Shown: piece after piece, positions 35,359 to 48,685 of the stretch
Layout of the letters: each line of letters starts with the position of its first letter
Position numbering within the stretch: position 1 is the first letter of the stretch
DNA from: Eutreptiella sp. 'Long Island Sound 2002'
Lineage: Eukaryota > Protista > Euglenida
Direction of reading: 5' to 3'
DNA: 64,000 nucleotides
Assembly (NCBI GenBank): GCA_964036045.1
Contig: OZ038379.1
Location: forward strand, 13,702,001 to 13,766,000
Made by a program: the position numbers and the translations under genes
Notes under the pieces: model-generated
What the model was told of the DNA's origin: nothing
Database searches by the model: none
The model's input: only the letters and a program-made list of their open reading frames with translations

Positions 35359-38300
35359 ACTGCTTTCTAAGTTTTGAATGTGTCTTCCCACAAAGACAGT
35401 ATGGGAGGCAGTGTGGTATAGTGGATAGCATCGTCAGCGATGCTGGAGCCCAGGGTGCTTCCACTGAAGCACGCGGCACTTCACCCGACATATGGTCCCA
35501 CAAACACACAGCTATGCAGCCTTGTCAGCTCGCACGTAATACAGCGATTGTCTACCTCCCCTTTTCCCCTCCAGCAGGAGAACAGAAAGCCGTATGGTTA
35601 GGCCGAAGGAGTGCATCAGGCTATACGGCCCTGTGATTCACTGCGACACATCAACACAGACGCAGCTTGAGGGCGTGGCTGTTTTTCATGCACCATCTAG
35701 CTCAGCAACACACAGGTATTGATCTTTAGTGGTTCGCCGTCCACAGGTTATATAACAAATGCAGCTGCCACTGGCACCGCTGATTGAAACCTTGTACCTA
35801 CTTGTTGTACATTGAATAGTGGAGCACCCCAACCAAGAAGGGGACACATGCATCTGTGAGAGAACCTCTGGACTAATGGCTGAAAGTGTCTATGGCGGGG
35901 ACATTCAGTCGATCAGCACCGACCATTGATCCCCTGATGCGCAAGCACTGCCTTGTCCAAGCACAGGAGCCCATCTGACCACTGTTATCCTGGTTTTTCC
36001 TGACCACAATTTTTGTGGTCAGAAATATAACGTGACTCGGTGGTGGTGCGATGGTAGAGGGACAGGGGGGCTGGATCATGCGTTTGGTAGTTCCTCCTGC
36101 TCATACCAATATTCTGCTTGCAACTGCAACCCAATGCTGTCTGTTTTGATGCGATTTTCAGCCATGCTTAATGGCTCTTGCTGGCATGGCTGTTACGTAC
36201 ATCCAGTCCACCAGTGAATATGTGCCCGCCACAATTATTTGTCCTTCTACTCGTGAGGATGGTTTCGTTCATTGAAGTGCATGTGGAATGGGCATGTGCT
36301 TGAGCATCATGCTCCTTTGGACCCTGGCAAAATTTACACTTGATGCTAAGGGTGTAAAACGGGCCCCCGTCACAGTGAGGAGGAGGTTCTTTTGGTACCG
36401 CATGCTGCGCGCAAGCAAGGGTAGGAGCATGGACCCTGATACCCGAAGAATGAAAGAGATGAAGCCACTTGAGTGCTGTGCATGCTATGTGTTGAAGGGA
36501 CACAACCTAAACTATAGGGCCTCTATTGCCCACCGTCACCGATTCTCTACTTGCACGTGGCCGGGAGGTGCTAAACAAGCGGTACCACGCTGATGAGCTT
36601 GTAGAAACCACATGTCTTGGGCCTTCCATGCAAGTAGATGACTTTGTACCCCCCCCCCTCCTTTGTAATAGCCACGCCCTTGTCCAAGCAATAGTAGGCG
36701 TAGGTACCTTATTAATTTGGTACCTAATTTCAAATCGGTACCAAATGTAGTGCAGCCACACAAGACATGGGTTTGGTGACAAATTTGCCAGCTACATAGG
36801 GTCATGGACACATTTGTTGTGAGTGTTTGCCCACTTGAACCCACATCGCTCTGATTTTCAGGATATTTCTGCACTATATCCCCCTTTCTTGCACCAGCAA
36901 TCTTCTCTTTTTCAACCCTCCTTGATACTCCGGGCCGACATAGGGGCGGTGCAGAGGTGTGGGGTGGAGAGGGGGGGTCCCTTCCCCTGTAACCTTACTT
37001 TGGATGAGGCACACAAGTATTAGACTTTGACTTTTTGATTGCACCCCTCACGGTACAACCCAATACTCCCTCGCTCCCCCCTGAGGCGAAGTCCTAGTCC
37101 AGGTTGCTTGGCCGAGGAGTGCCAACACACGCAAGGTGACTTGGATGCAGGATGGCAGCAACAGGGCGCCCTCACCTGTCCTGTTGCATAGAAACACTGC
37201 AGTGTTGACAAAATAAAGGCCATCAGGTGCAGACAATTGTATGGTAGCACACGTGTATCATACTTGTGTGGGCGTCCAGTTATTTTCACACATTCCACCG
37301 GTGAGCATGTGGATGCCACAATGAAGGGACCATCGGAGAAGGGGGAGCTGTTCCTAGTGTTGGGCGACATGAAGGGTGGGCAGGTGGTCACACACCCCTG
37401 TGCCCGAGCTCAAACCAGCTCCTAAACCACGGGCAAAGGCATCTTCAAAGGCATCTTCAAGTGGTCAGCATGTGCAGTTGTTCCGCATGGTGTATGATCG
37501 CAAGAAGGGTTTCCCCCCCAAACATTTGCCCGCGTCTCATGCCTCATTGCTTGTTGGAACATGGGTGTGAACCCGAAGTTTCATGTTTCAAACACTTTCT
37601 TGTGTTTACCACCCTCCCCCTTTGTAAGAGCTACGCCCTTGTCCAAGCTATAGTAGGCGTAGGGACCGTATTAATTTGGTACCTAATTTTAATTCGGTAC
37701 AAATGTAGTGCAGCCGCATAACACATGGGTTTGGTGACTGATTCTGATTCGGGGACGGACACCGATGAAGATAAACCCATTTCTGACCTCTCTTCCTCAA
37801 GTGATGATTCTAGTGACTCGGATGATAATCCCAATGAAGTTATTTGGGCTAAGGCTGCCTGAGGTGTGTGGGGAATGGCCCATGTCTTTGATGGGAAGTT
37901 GTACTTTACAAGAGACCACATGCAGGGCAATTTGATTCCCAAGAATTTGAAGTTGCCCGAGCCAAAGCCAGCCACTAAACCTCGGGCAAAGGCATCTTCA
38001 AAGGCATCTTCAAGTGGTGAGCATGTGCAGTTGTTCCGCGTGGTATATGATCACAAGAAGGGTTTCCAATCCGAACATTTGTAGGCTTCTCATGCCTCAT
38101 TGCTTGTAGGAACATGGGTATGAACCTGAAAATTCATGTTTCAAACACTTTCTTGTGTTTCAATGCCTTTGGGAACGTGGGTGGATGCTAAGGTGCACTC
38201 ATACCATGCACTTACTCACGTGTGTGTTGGTACTTGTATGTGTTGCGCGCAAGCCACGCCCTTGTCTAAGCTACAGTAGGCGTAGGGACTGTATTAATTT

Positions 38301-39789
38301 GGTACTTTTGCCTGGCCATTACAAGGGGGGGGGGGGTACACTTGACGTATTCAAGGAATAGGCAGGATGATGAGAACCCAGCAGCACCTCCCAATGGTAC
38401 ACTGGTACGCTAATGGTTTGGGTTGGGCATCTTGTGCTTAGGGAGGTGTTATGGGAGTTTCATAAGGTCGCCGCACTTGGTTGTTTGGTCGGTAGATTTG
38501 CACTGGTTGGGTTGTTTGCACTGTGTTGCTGAATCACATTGCTTCTGGTGTGATGTGACCGCCGTCCATCTGTTTGGCACCATATTTTTTGTTCTGTGTC
38601 ATACAACCCTCCTTGTGGGATCCCTGTGTCCAGCACCTGACTGCAACGTGGAACAATCTTTGTATTTGTGCCTGGTGGAGAGGTGCTCTACATGTGTACA
38701 AATGGGGAGCACGTCCTTGCTACGATCATCAACGGCCAGTTCTCTGATGAGGACCTATGTGCGGTCCCGCTGGTTCCATTCAGCGTGCTCACCGCCATGG
38801 CAGGAACATCACAGCACCAGATCCGTTGGTGCCATGATGTTCGGTGCCTTCCTTCAGTGCCATTATGTTCGGTGCCATTTTGTACTTCAGTACATCCCAA
38901 AAACATATGATGTTATCAGAATCCTCGAAACCTTTGCTGCTTGTTTCTCTTTTTTGTTTTCATCTCGCTGCGGCGTGGCAGCTGTTGCTGCACTACCAGG
39001 CATATAAGATACCAGAAGTGTCTCTAACCTGTTGGCCACAATTTGCTGTGGCAATGGGCTTTCCATCTGCACAGAGAGTTCCAGGCAGTGCTGCTGAGGC
39101 TACACAGAGAGTTCTTGGCAATGCTGCTGAGGTAGAGTTCGTTCCGGCAAAACATTCCAGTGTGTTCCGGCTATTCTAGTTGCCCGGGGGGGGGGGGGGG
39201 GGGCATGCTTGATAGGGTAGGGCAGTTGTGGGCAACTACTTTGTTTCTATGCTCCCGGGTCTCCAGGAGCCGTGGCAGTCTTACACCTCTGCACTCTGTG
39301 TACATGTGTACCGTAGCAACAGGGTTGCCCCCCAGCGGCGTCTCTTTTCGGGGACATGCCTGACACGCATGAAGCTTTTGGGCTTACAACTCTTGCTGTA
39401 CAGAATATCTGGGCCAAGATGCCCATGCACACCATTGGCCTGACGGCCAGAACTGTCTCCGGTGTCAGACAAAAAAAAGATCCCGCATGTCGTATATTTG
39501 TATAACTGTGTGTGTGTGTGTGTTTTCTTTGATCTGTTCTTGTCTCGCGGTTCTTGACGTGTGTGTTTGGTGTCCATGCCCATGGGGGTAGGAACAATTT
39601 TACTGCAGGCTGTTCAGGGGAAACAGAAGAAGATGGGTTCCTCTTGCACCAACTGCACATGCAATCTTGCTCGTGTCAAGAAGAACTCCACACAAAGGCA
39701 AGAAAGCAAAAATGTGCACGTGGAACATGAATCACCACGTTCAGTTGACGCAAAGAAGAATGAGAGCAGGCACATGCATTACTTGTAAC

Positions 39790-39940
39790 CAAGCTAGTGC
39801 AGCCGCAGCATGCCGCAGCATGCCGCAGCACCTTTTTTTTGGAGCTGCACATGGGGGCTTTGAAGCATGCCGCAGCATGCCGCAGCGTGCCGCAGCATGC
39901 CGCAGCACAAGAAATTTTTCCGTGGGACCGCACTAGCTTG
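39790..39940. mobile_element. 151-bp hAT-type MITE
   Basis: TIR CAAGCTAGTGC / GCACTAGCTTG; perfect 8-bp TSD CTTGTAAC (39782-39789 and 39941-39948); internal 10-bp GCAGCATGCC repeats. Confidence 0.9.
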
Positions 39941-40289
39941 CTTGTAACATCAACCCTCAGCAGCTTGTGCAATTTGGGGTTTTGCGAGTGTGCTGTACTA
40001 CCCAGATTTGTTGATCACCTTGCCTGGGCCTCCTCATGCAGCAGCCTTCTGTCCACACCAGTGTGTGGACAGTTACACAGAGAGATGGCGCTGAGCCTCA
40101 AAAACTAAGACAGGAACCTGCATGTGATGCTTCTGCTCCTCCCAACAGATGTGTCACCACCGAACCTGTGTGCCATGGAACCTATCCCTGTTGCACATAG
40201 TATTTCAAGGACTAACAAACTGGTGCATTGTGACTCTAAATTACGCAAATAACTTGCCACAGTGTTGTGCCACAGTGTGATGAATCAAA

Positions 40290-40320
<31 letters not shown>

Positions 40321-40436
40321 TTGTCTGATCGCAGAGTACCGGGTCCTCTTGTATATACGAGTACCGGGTCCTCTTGTATATACTCTGTTTCCAGTTGATG
40401 ATATTTTGGTTCCCTGATCTCAATTGCCCACCCATT

Positions 40437-41172
40437 GGGGGCGCCTTAAGCGCAGTGCGCATGCAGTGCGCGCGCAGTGCAACTATTTGGGCGTTTAGCC
40501 GTAGTAGAAACCCATAATTTGTGGTACTTTGGGCATTGTTGTTTTTTGGAAGTAGGTTTTGATGCTTTGGGGATATGGCATTTTTGGATGTTCACCCTGT
40601 TTCACCCATTTCTACCTTTTTGCACACATTTTTTTCCCATTTCCACCACATCTACTCTTTTTCTTGGTTGATTGATATGGTGATACACTTTGAGGGTGCC
40701 TGCTACGGGACATCATACTTCCCTCCTCATTTCTCAGGCCCACGGATCTCCATGGATCTCAGCATTGGGGATAGGGTGTTCTACACCCGCTCCAATGGCC
40801 TGCAACCTCCTGCCACGGTGGTTGGGACGGCCTAAGACGGACTCCTCCACTTGGAATACTACCAAGATGGGTTGGGAGTGGTGAATTGGCAATGCAAGAT
40901 GGGGTCCATCTCCTTTGCCATCCCAAGTTCAGATTCGCCACCTCACTTGCCCTCCATCTCCGCCACCCAACACACAGTCAAGTTCCCCCCCAAAGGCCCC
41001 TGGTCTTTCACCACTGCCACAAGAACCGGGAAGGTCCCCCTCAAGGTCCCCTCCAGTCCAGTTTGGGTCGCCTAATTCGAAGGGTGTTTCCAAGGGGCGT
41101 GCCTAGGGGCTCTTCGGGGGGCACATAGTCTAAAAGTAGCGCGCAGTGCGCGCGCAGTGCAAGGATTCCCCC
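40437..41172. mobile_element. Harbinger-like non-autonomous element, ATT TSD
   Basis: att|GGGGGCGCCTT ... AAGGATTCCCCC|att; GCGCAGTGC repeats at both ends; both ends shared with 43870-45074. Confidence 0.7.
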
Positions 41173-42543
41173 ATTGCACTGGATTCCTTTGTCAGTCAGC
41201 CAGTCTGACTTTATGTGTATACCAGCAGCTTGGTCTCTATGCCAATGCAGTGGGCGTTGACCCCTGGGGCCCCCAGGATGTGCTAGACCCGTACTATCCT
41301 TGTAGCACTTCTGCGCATTGGGATGGGTCTGCACACTCTTTTCCAATGTGTGCATGTACTCCACCCACCTGGACATTGACTGATCGATGAGTCCCAGACT
41401 GCTTGTCGAGTCTGTTTTTCCTGGTCTGTGCCCCCTTTTGAAGGGGTGGCCGAATGCCATGCAGCATCCTCTATGGTATCACTTGAAGAAGATGGTGTAC
41501 AACCTGTGAGGCATCGGCCTGCCTTGGATGATAGATGTGATTCTGGTCATAACACCAACATATGTCGGACATACAGCCCAAGGCTCGCACCTTACCCCCC
41601 ACCCCACCCCTTGCGCAAGCACCGGCTTGTCCAAGCACGCGAACCCCTCGGACCTTCGTTTTCCTGATTTTTCCTGACTGCAGTTTTTGTGGTCAGAAAT
41701 GTAACGTGACGCGGTTGGGCTCCGATTGTAGAGGGAAAGGGGGGCTGGATCATGCTTGTGGTAGTCCCTCCTGCTCATACCAACATTCTGCTTGCAACTG
41801 CAACTGCCACTACTGTTCATTTTGACGTCTTCAGCACAGAGATTCGAGCTCGGTCACTCTCCCCCCACCATGACACCTAAGGCGTCAGTTCAGCATGGCC
41901 GAATGAGTGCCCTGACTCCCTCAAACTGAGCTGTCTCCAGGCAGTGAGTATCTGGCAGTGGCTGCCGCTGTATCTTCATAGCCAACAGCAGTCTTCAGGC
42001 CTATGACCATCAGCGAAATGTGCATACCAACATCAACACGCTGTACATAGCCGAAGCACACCAATACTGTTGCAGTGGAAATCATGATTGTGCCATTTTG
42101 ACATGAATTGCAGCCATGGTTACTGTTGCTATTGCTGGCATGGTTGTTACGTACATCCGGTCCACCGATGAACATGTGCCCGCCACAATTACTGGTCCTT
42201 CTAGTCGTGCAAGGTTGGAAAGCGCTTTTATTCCACAGCTGCTGATGCCCCTGATGGGCAGTGAGGATGTCCAGAACATGCTGAATTTTGCCTGAACAAT
42301 GTGCTATGGAGCTCTGTTGCGACAATTGTGGTTAGGGTGAGGTATGTATGAGTGAGGTATGGGCAGGTGTTCACCACATGTGGTACCATGCATCGTATGC
42401 TAGCACGGGCTTGTCTGAGCATGGGACCCATCCCGGCAGTTTTTTCCACAAAACCTGTATGATGAAGTCCAGATCCCACTGTGGCAAATATAGGTGATTA
42501 AATAGGACCCCGGCTGACAGTTGTTTTCCTGACTTTCAGCTTT

Positions 42544-42841
42544 GGGGGGCGCACCGTGCGCTGTGCCCGCACTGTGCGAAAAGTCGGCTGTTTTTCACCA
42601 CTGGTAGCCACGGGTACCGGGGTCCTGCACCCTACAGCCCCTGCTGGTACACCAGGGATTTTTTGTTTTAGTCTGATGCTTGCCACGGGTCCCAGGGTCC
42701 TGAATTCTGCGCCCCTGATGCTGTTTTGAATGGATGATGCACGCTTCTGTAGGTGGGTGGTTTTCAGGGGTGTTCACGGGATAAACAACGTAATAATTGG
42801 CGTCGTGCGCGCGCTGTGCCCGCGCTGTGTGAAAACGCCCC
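42544..42841. mobile_element. Harbinger-like MITE, TTT flanks
   Basis: ttt|GGGGGGCG ... CGCCCC|ttt; GCGCTGTG repeats near both ends. Confidence 0.5.
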
Positions 42842-43869
42842 TTTGCGCAAAGGGCTAGTCTCCTGTGGGTCCTGTCCACCGGAATTGAATGATCGACGAG
42901 TTCCATTTTGAGACTACCCCCTTAGGTAAAAACCTTTGTGTCCACTGGTCTACAGAGTGTTGCTCCTCAGAATTTTCAACTTCCCGAATTCCTGACACGC
43001 ATGACAGCTTGGGCTGCACTAGATTGTGCATGGTACATGAATGATGTGAGCGGCGCTGTGCCTGCCTTCTGCAACACACCAGCACTCAGTGCTAGTAGGG
43101 GGCACCAGCAAAGGAAGAACAAGGGAGCGCGTCAGAAAATACTACTGTCAAGGTGACCCCCCCCCCCCCCTTGGGGGGGGAGATTTCAAGGGGGGGGGGG
43201 GTACAAACACCAAGTGTTGGTTGGACAAAGAGTTCCATGCGCGCCTTATGAAACTCCTCCCTAAACACAGGATACCCAGCTCATGCAAAGCACAAAGGGG
43301 GCAGAGGCTTCAATTAGCACTTTTCAAATTAGCCCTTTTTGTGGTCCCTTTCCATCCTGAAAAGCTGAACATGCTCTCCCGGCAAGGGTACAAAGTCATC
43401 TGCTTGCTTGTGCCCAAGAATTGTGGCTTCTACAAGCTCACCAATGTGGTATTGCTTGTATACCGCAGGGCGCACCCCACAGTCCTCTTTGCATTGAGAC
43501 ACAAATGTATGCTGTCGGTGCGCATGGTACCGCTTTCGTAGCAAGGGTGCCCCGCTTCTGACAACTGTCATTGGTCCCTCGTCAACCACAGCCCCAAACT
43601 CTGCACCGTGCAGAAAACCCACAAGGGCATACCGGCGAAAAACTTGATGTATAGTCGCAACGGTGAAGTGGTATGTTTTTGTGGTGCCCCCCCCCCCCCC
43701 CAAAGGGGGGGAACCGGCCTGACAAAAGGGGGGGAGATTTCAAGGGGGGGGACCGGAAGTTTGGGGAACATTTGTATCCGCTGGACCTGGGGTGGAGGGC
43801 TTATTTGAGTCTTTCTCTAGAGCCTCAGAACTTGAGACCACTTTCGGATTGTGAGATGGCCTGCATTAA

Positions 43870-45074
43870 GGGGGGCCTTAAGCGCAGTGCGTGCACACTT
43901 GACTATTTGGGCGTTTGGCCGTACCCCCCCCCCCTTGTCCTTCCCCGCCCCTTGTCCTTCCCCAAGGGGGGTGGGGGACCGTCACTTGGTGAACCCCAAA
44001 AGGGCCAAGCCACTGCCCAAGGGTGCTGTCCAAAGCATTCCTGTGGAAAGTGGTGAGCATGTTCAAGAATTCAAGGTCAAATGGAGCAGGACGAAGAAAT
44101 TCTACACCCAGCGAGTCAAGGAGAAAATTTCATTACATTGGCAGCCCATGGAGCGCGCGCATGATTTTCATGTTGTTGCATTACTTGCTTTCATTCGTCA
44201 CCGTGACAAGCTCTGCACACCAACATTTTTTATGCTTTCATTTGTCACCGTGACAAGCTCTGCGCACCAACGTTTTTTATGCTGCGTTATTTCGTCTTCT
44301 GCCGCAATTTCTGTGCCCCACAGTGTGCGTGTACGGTGGTACTACGGTCGGTGGTGGGGGACCGTCACTTGGTGACCGTCCCCCAGGGGGTGGCGGGGGG
44401 CCGTCTTTTCTGGGATGGGGAAGGACGGGGGGGGGGGGGGGTACTAGAAACCCATCCTTTGTGATACTTTGGGCATCAGTGTTGTTTGACGGCAGGCTTT
44501 GATGCTGCTTCCACATTGGGGATATGCCATTTTCACCCAGTTTCACCCATTTCCACCACTTTCACACATTTTGTGCTCATTTCCACCACATCCACTCCTT
44601 TCTAGGTTTATTTCTCCCCATCATGGGTACCCCAAGGAGGCAAGTGTTATGTAGCCATATTGACACATATTTTGTTGGTCCTTTCACTGCTCATGAAACA
44701 GGGATTCTAACGAGAAGATGAAGAGTATGTGGCATGTTAGACATCTTACGTGCGATTTTGATGTTAGCTGTCTGACACAATTGTGTGATATTGTGTTAGT
44801 ACACAAGTTCAGCTACAAGGGATTCCGGCACACACAAGTTTCAGTGGAGTAAAGCCCATCACATTTGGAAGCAACATTTTTCAGTGAAAGAAAACAGAAC
44901 AAAATTTTCCGTGTCAGATTGCAATTTTTGCACCCCTCGGCTACTTTGTACCCCCAAGGCTCGGGTAGTTGGGGTCGCCTAATTTCAAGGGCGTTTGGAA
45001 GGGGTGTGCCTGGGGGCTCTTGGGGGGAAATCTAGTCTAAAAGTAGCGCGGTGCGCACAGCACAAGGATTCCCC
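43870..45074. mobile_element. Harbinger-like non-autonomous element related to 40437-41172
   Basis: taa|GGGGGGCCTTAAGCGCAGTGC ... AAGGATTCCCC|aaa; end regions and part of the interior homologous to 40437-41172. Confidence 0.6.
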
Positions 45075-46091
45075 AAAAAAATCATGTCCAGGAGCTAGAG
45101 TGGGATACAATACACACCGTATTGTACAGTACGGTACCAATAAGTTTGTATGGATATCAAGAGACCCTTAATGGTCACTTACAAATGGGGACACATCCGG
45201 TGTCAGCTGCTCCATTTGTCATGCGTTTGCAGCTGAATTCAATAGGTGTCATCCAGACATGTCCCGAAAGTAGCAACATCAACCCAGAGACCACTAGGAA
45301 GTAATAGCGCCTATCCATGTTCGCAACATAACAGCTCCCATCCATTACAGTTTGTGTGGTGTTACCATTGGCAGGTGCTTTACAAAGTGCACATGGTGCA
45401 AATATTGCCCCACCTGTCAGATTGGGCGAAACACAAAGCAGCAATTGTCAAGAGGCCAGCCCTTTGAGCCCCTGTTAGCAGGGGAGCAGAAAAGATGCTC
45501 TATGGACTGCCTGCCCCTTGAGCCCCCTGTCCGGGCGGGGGGGGGGGGGGGCTCCCGCAGCCCAGATGGGCTGTTTGCGCAACAGGAGCGGGAGCCCACC
45601 AGGGGCAGACCAGCCGTGAGGGGGAAAGGGACATATGGTGGACGGTCGGGACAACGCGTGGAGGAGCAGGGCACTTGGGCCTCACGCACACAGAACCACA
45701 GCGAGGCAGGTTATGGACAGCCTGTGGACAGAGGCGTGTGGACAGCAAAAACAGTCAAACGACCCCGGCAACAACTAGCATATCCTCAATACCCCGGGAA
45801 TCCCTCAGGCATGGCTTACTCCCGGTAGCTTCCAACCCCCCTCCCGTGGCATCTGCTCCTGATGATATTCCTCAGGGAGGCAGCCCAGGTCACGTTCTGG
45901 TTCAACCCAAGTGAGTGATCGTGGCCGGCAACTGCAACCACCACCATGAACGAAGGCTGTGCCTTGGGCACATCCCCTTAGTCATGTTCCGGGCCCATCC
46001 TATGTGCCACCCTCCATTGGCTGCCGCACTGTAGCTGGTGGCTGGGCATGGCCCTACTCGAGGCAACGGTGCAGTGTCTGTCGCTCCTCTG

Positions 46092-46116
46092 TTTCCCAGT
46101 GTCTATTTTTTCTTCG
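46092..46116 (+). promoter_or_regulatory. Relict euglenid spliced-leader sequence / trans-splice acceptor region
   Basis: TTTCCCAGTGTCTATTTTTTCTTCG versus the euglenid SL as recalled (...TTTCTGAGTGTCTATTTTTTTTCG): 22 of 24 identical plus one inserted base, ending 14 nt before the ATG. Confidence 0.75.
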
Positions 46117-46130
46117 GCAGCAAGGCCCCC

Positions 46131-46277
46131 ATGGATCCCCAAGCGCTGTACCGGACTCTTGAGGGGACGTTTAATATCGACAACAACGTCCGTCAACAAG
46201 CAGAAGCACAACTGAAGCAGGCGGAATCTCACCCCGGATATTTGGGGATCATTTTCCAAGCAGCTTGTGCTGACCAG
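46131..46277 (+). CDS. Importin-7/8-like (importin-beta family) exon 1
   Basis: MDPQALYRTLEGTFNIDNNVRQQAEAQLKQAESHPGYLGIIFQAACADQ, an IBN_N-type start; cag|GTCCGC donor. Confidence 0.85.
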
Positions 46278-48372
46278 GTCCGCAACGGCTCCCCTCTGCA
46301 GTGTTTCTTGGCTCTCCCCGATCGCCTTCCCCTACAGCTCTGCCCCTGCATGAACCCCGCCCCCCACCCACCTACCCATGACCCAGCCACCAGACTTGCT
46401 GCTGGTGCTGTGGCGTGAGTGGGGAGAGCTGAGTGGAACTGAGTCAGACATTCAATGTGTGCGGACCCTACTGAGTGCTGGACAGGCCCCGGGCGAATCC
46501 TAGTGAGTACAGATTGCTGGTCTGGACACTGACAGCAAATGTGCTGCCCAACTCTTGCGCAAGCACGGCCTTGTCGAAGCGCGGCGAGCCGCTCCTGATC
46601 GTTGCTTTTTTGACCGCTAGTTTGCTGGTTGAGGGGAAAAGATGACACGGATGTGAGCCCATGGTAGTGGGGGAGGGGGGCGTCCTGTGCTTAGCCAAGG
46701 CTGCTATCCCATGATGACACGCGGGTGTTGTGCGGTACACAGGCCCAAACTGAACGTCGACCTGCCGCCGCCCTAATCCACTCCACCTTTGAGCAGAAGT
46801 GGGCCGCACTCCAAGGCATAGTGCCGCTGAGAGCAGCCACAACTCGTACATGCTAGGCATATCTGGTTCTTGTTGATGCCCCTCTGCATGTTTTTGTGTG
46901 GGGGATTAGTATTCCGGCCGCTCCCGGATCATAACTGCAGAAGATATGCACGCTGCTCCGCGTCATGCCTTTTGTGCTTGAGGTGCAGTTGCTTCGAAGT
47001 TTGAGCATCGTCTTTTTTCACGCAGCAATTGGTTTCCATGTTGATCAGGCGCTGCAAGGAATGCAAACGGAGCATAGCAGGTTTTCCATGCCGCGACCAC
47101 CGACTACTGCCGCCGTCCGGGCCACCACGGCCGGTTGTGCGTGTCAGGGGACTGCGGGAGGCGGTTGTGGTGTGTGGGTGTATGTGGTGCACAGCAAGCG
47201 TAACGAAACTCCCTAGCACCAAACTGGGGGCTGGCGATCGTTTGCTGAAAGCAGCCCCCGGAGTTGTGCTGCGTTCTCTATTTCTTCATGAATCAATGGC
47301 TGGGATTGCCTGACGCGGGGGCATTCAGTCTTATCAGAATCAACCAGTTGTGCAGGTGCCTCAGTAGCATCAATGGTGCTCCGCTTTATGGTGCTTCGTT
47401 GGGGGTGTGGACTGCAACGGGACGGAGCAGCTGCCTTTCGAGAACCCCCCCCCCCCCCAACCACCACCACCACCCCACCCTTCCAGACCCCCAAACCTGC
47501 ACCCATGGGGCAGCAGATTTGTCGCCTGCACAGTGGCACCGTCACGGCTCGCTTCCTGCTTTGCGAGGTTCATGTACCCCCCGTGCAACGACCACCTTGT
47601 CCAACGACCACCCGCTGGTCCAACAGTGAACCATTGCCGGTCGTTGCGTGAAGGGGGGGCGCGTATTGTGTCTGTCAGAATTTCCCGCTTTTGCCCCCTT
47701 CCTTACGGTGGGCGGGCAACGGTGCTTTGCCCCCACATCTGTTGAGTCAAAAACGCTCAGAATTCCAGTCTTCCAGAAAACACCCAGACCTCTTCACCTC
47801 CCCACCTCACGCCACGATCGCATACTGCGGACGGGTCCAGCGCGTGGACAGCACAACGCTCGTGCGCGACACCTTCACGTGGTGTATTGTACTCCAGGAA
47901 CCGGTGACCAACGCATTGTCCTGCGATGTGATGTGCGCGGAGCCGTCCGACCGACGTGGAATGCACCCGAAGGACTGATGGCTGACAAGTGCGGGGGATA
48001 TTCAGTCACTCAGCACCGACAACTGAGCAGGGCGCTCCTCTCTCACCCCGTCTTTTCTTTTTTCTTCTTTGTTTGCGCCAAGAAGCGCCCTAAGGAGCGG
48101 CCAAAACAACTGCTCAACCGGCGTCGGTTGCCATCCAGCCGCCTTCGCATACCCTGCAACTGCCGTCAGAGCTGCCGCCCAAGCGCCCGAAGATGACTGG
48201 GCGTATGTTCAGCCACCCCCCCCCCCCCCCCGGCCGCCTTTTAGGGAATTAGGGAGGGCCCAGCCATTGAGCCCCCTCACGCCGCAAGTGTATGGCCCAG
48301 AACACCACTGAGACGCCCCCAATGCCCCCCCTCTTGCTTCCCCTGTACTTTGCTGGCCCATCGTCACCACAG

Positions 48373-48685
48373 GTCAATGCCGACATCCGTCTGGCTGCCG
48401 CCCTCCGCTTCAAGAACAGGCTGCGCAACGAGGACTGCGACGAGGACTGGAAGTCCCCGGTCCAAAAAGATGAGGAGGTGGTGGTGAGGAAGGCGTTGGG
48501 CGCCGTCATCATGGCCCCTTCCAAGGTCAGGAGCGTGCTCCTGGAAGAGCTGCAGAGGATCTTGACGTACGACTCCCTTTCCTGGGAAGGCCTGGTGACG
48601 GAAGTGATGCAAGGCCTGAACATGCACAAGATTACCGGGGCCCTGTCCGTACTTCGGGTGCTCTGCAAGCGATTCGAGTACAACA
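48373..48685 (+). CDS. Importin-7/8-like exon 2
   Basis: cacAG|gtc, in frame with exon 1. VNADIRLAAALRFKN...GALSVLRVLCKRFEY. The 3' end is placed at a candidate GTGCCG donor (48686) and is uncertain. Confidence 0.8.

Larger units (their letters stand above)
36540..44130. pseudogene. Cluster of decayed paralogous SH3/Tudor-like coding modules embedded in dispersed repeats
   Basis: Related fragments: GRPVIFTHSTGEHVDATMKGPSEKGE (about 37270), YMCTNGEHVLATIING (about 38700), IGDRVFYTRSNGLQPPATVVGT (about 40765). A second recurring motif, GEHVQLFR, at about 25970, 37460, 38020, 43370 (minus) and 44050. Confidence 0.45.
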
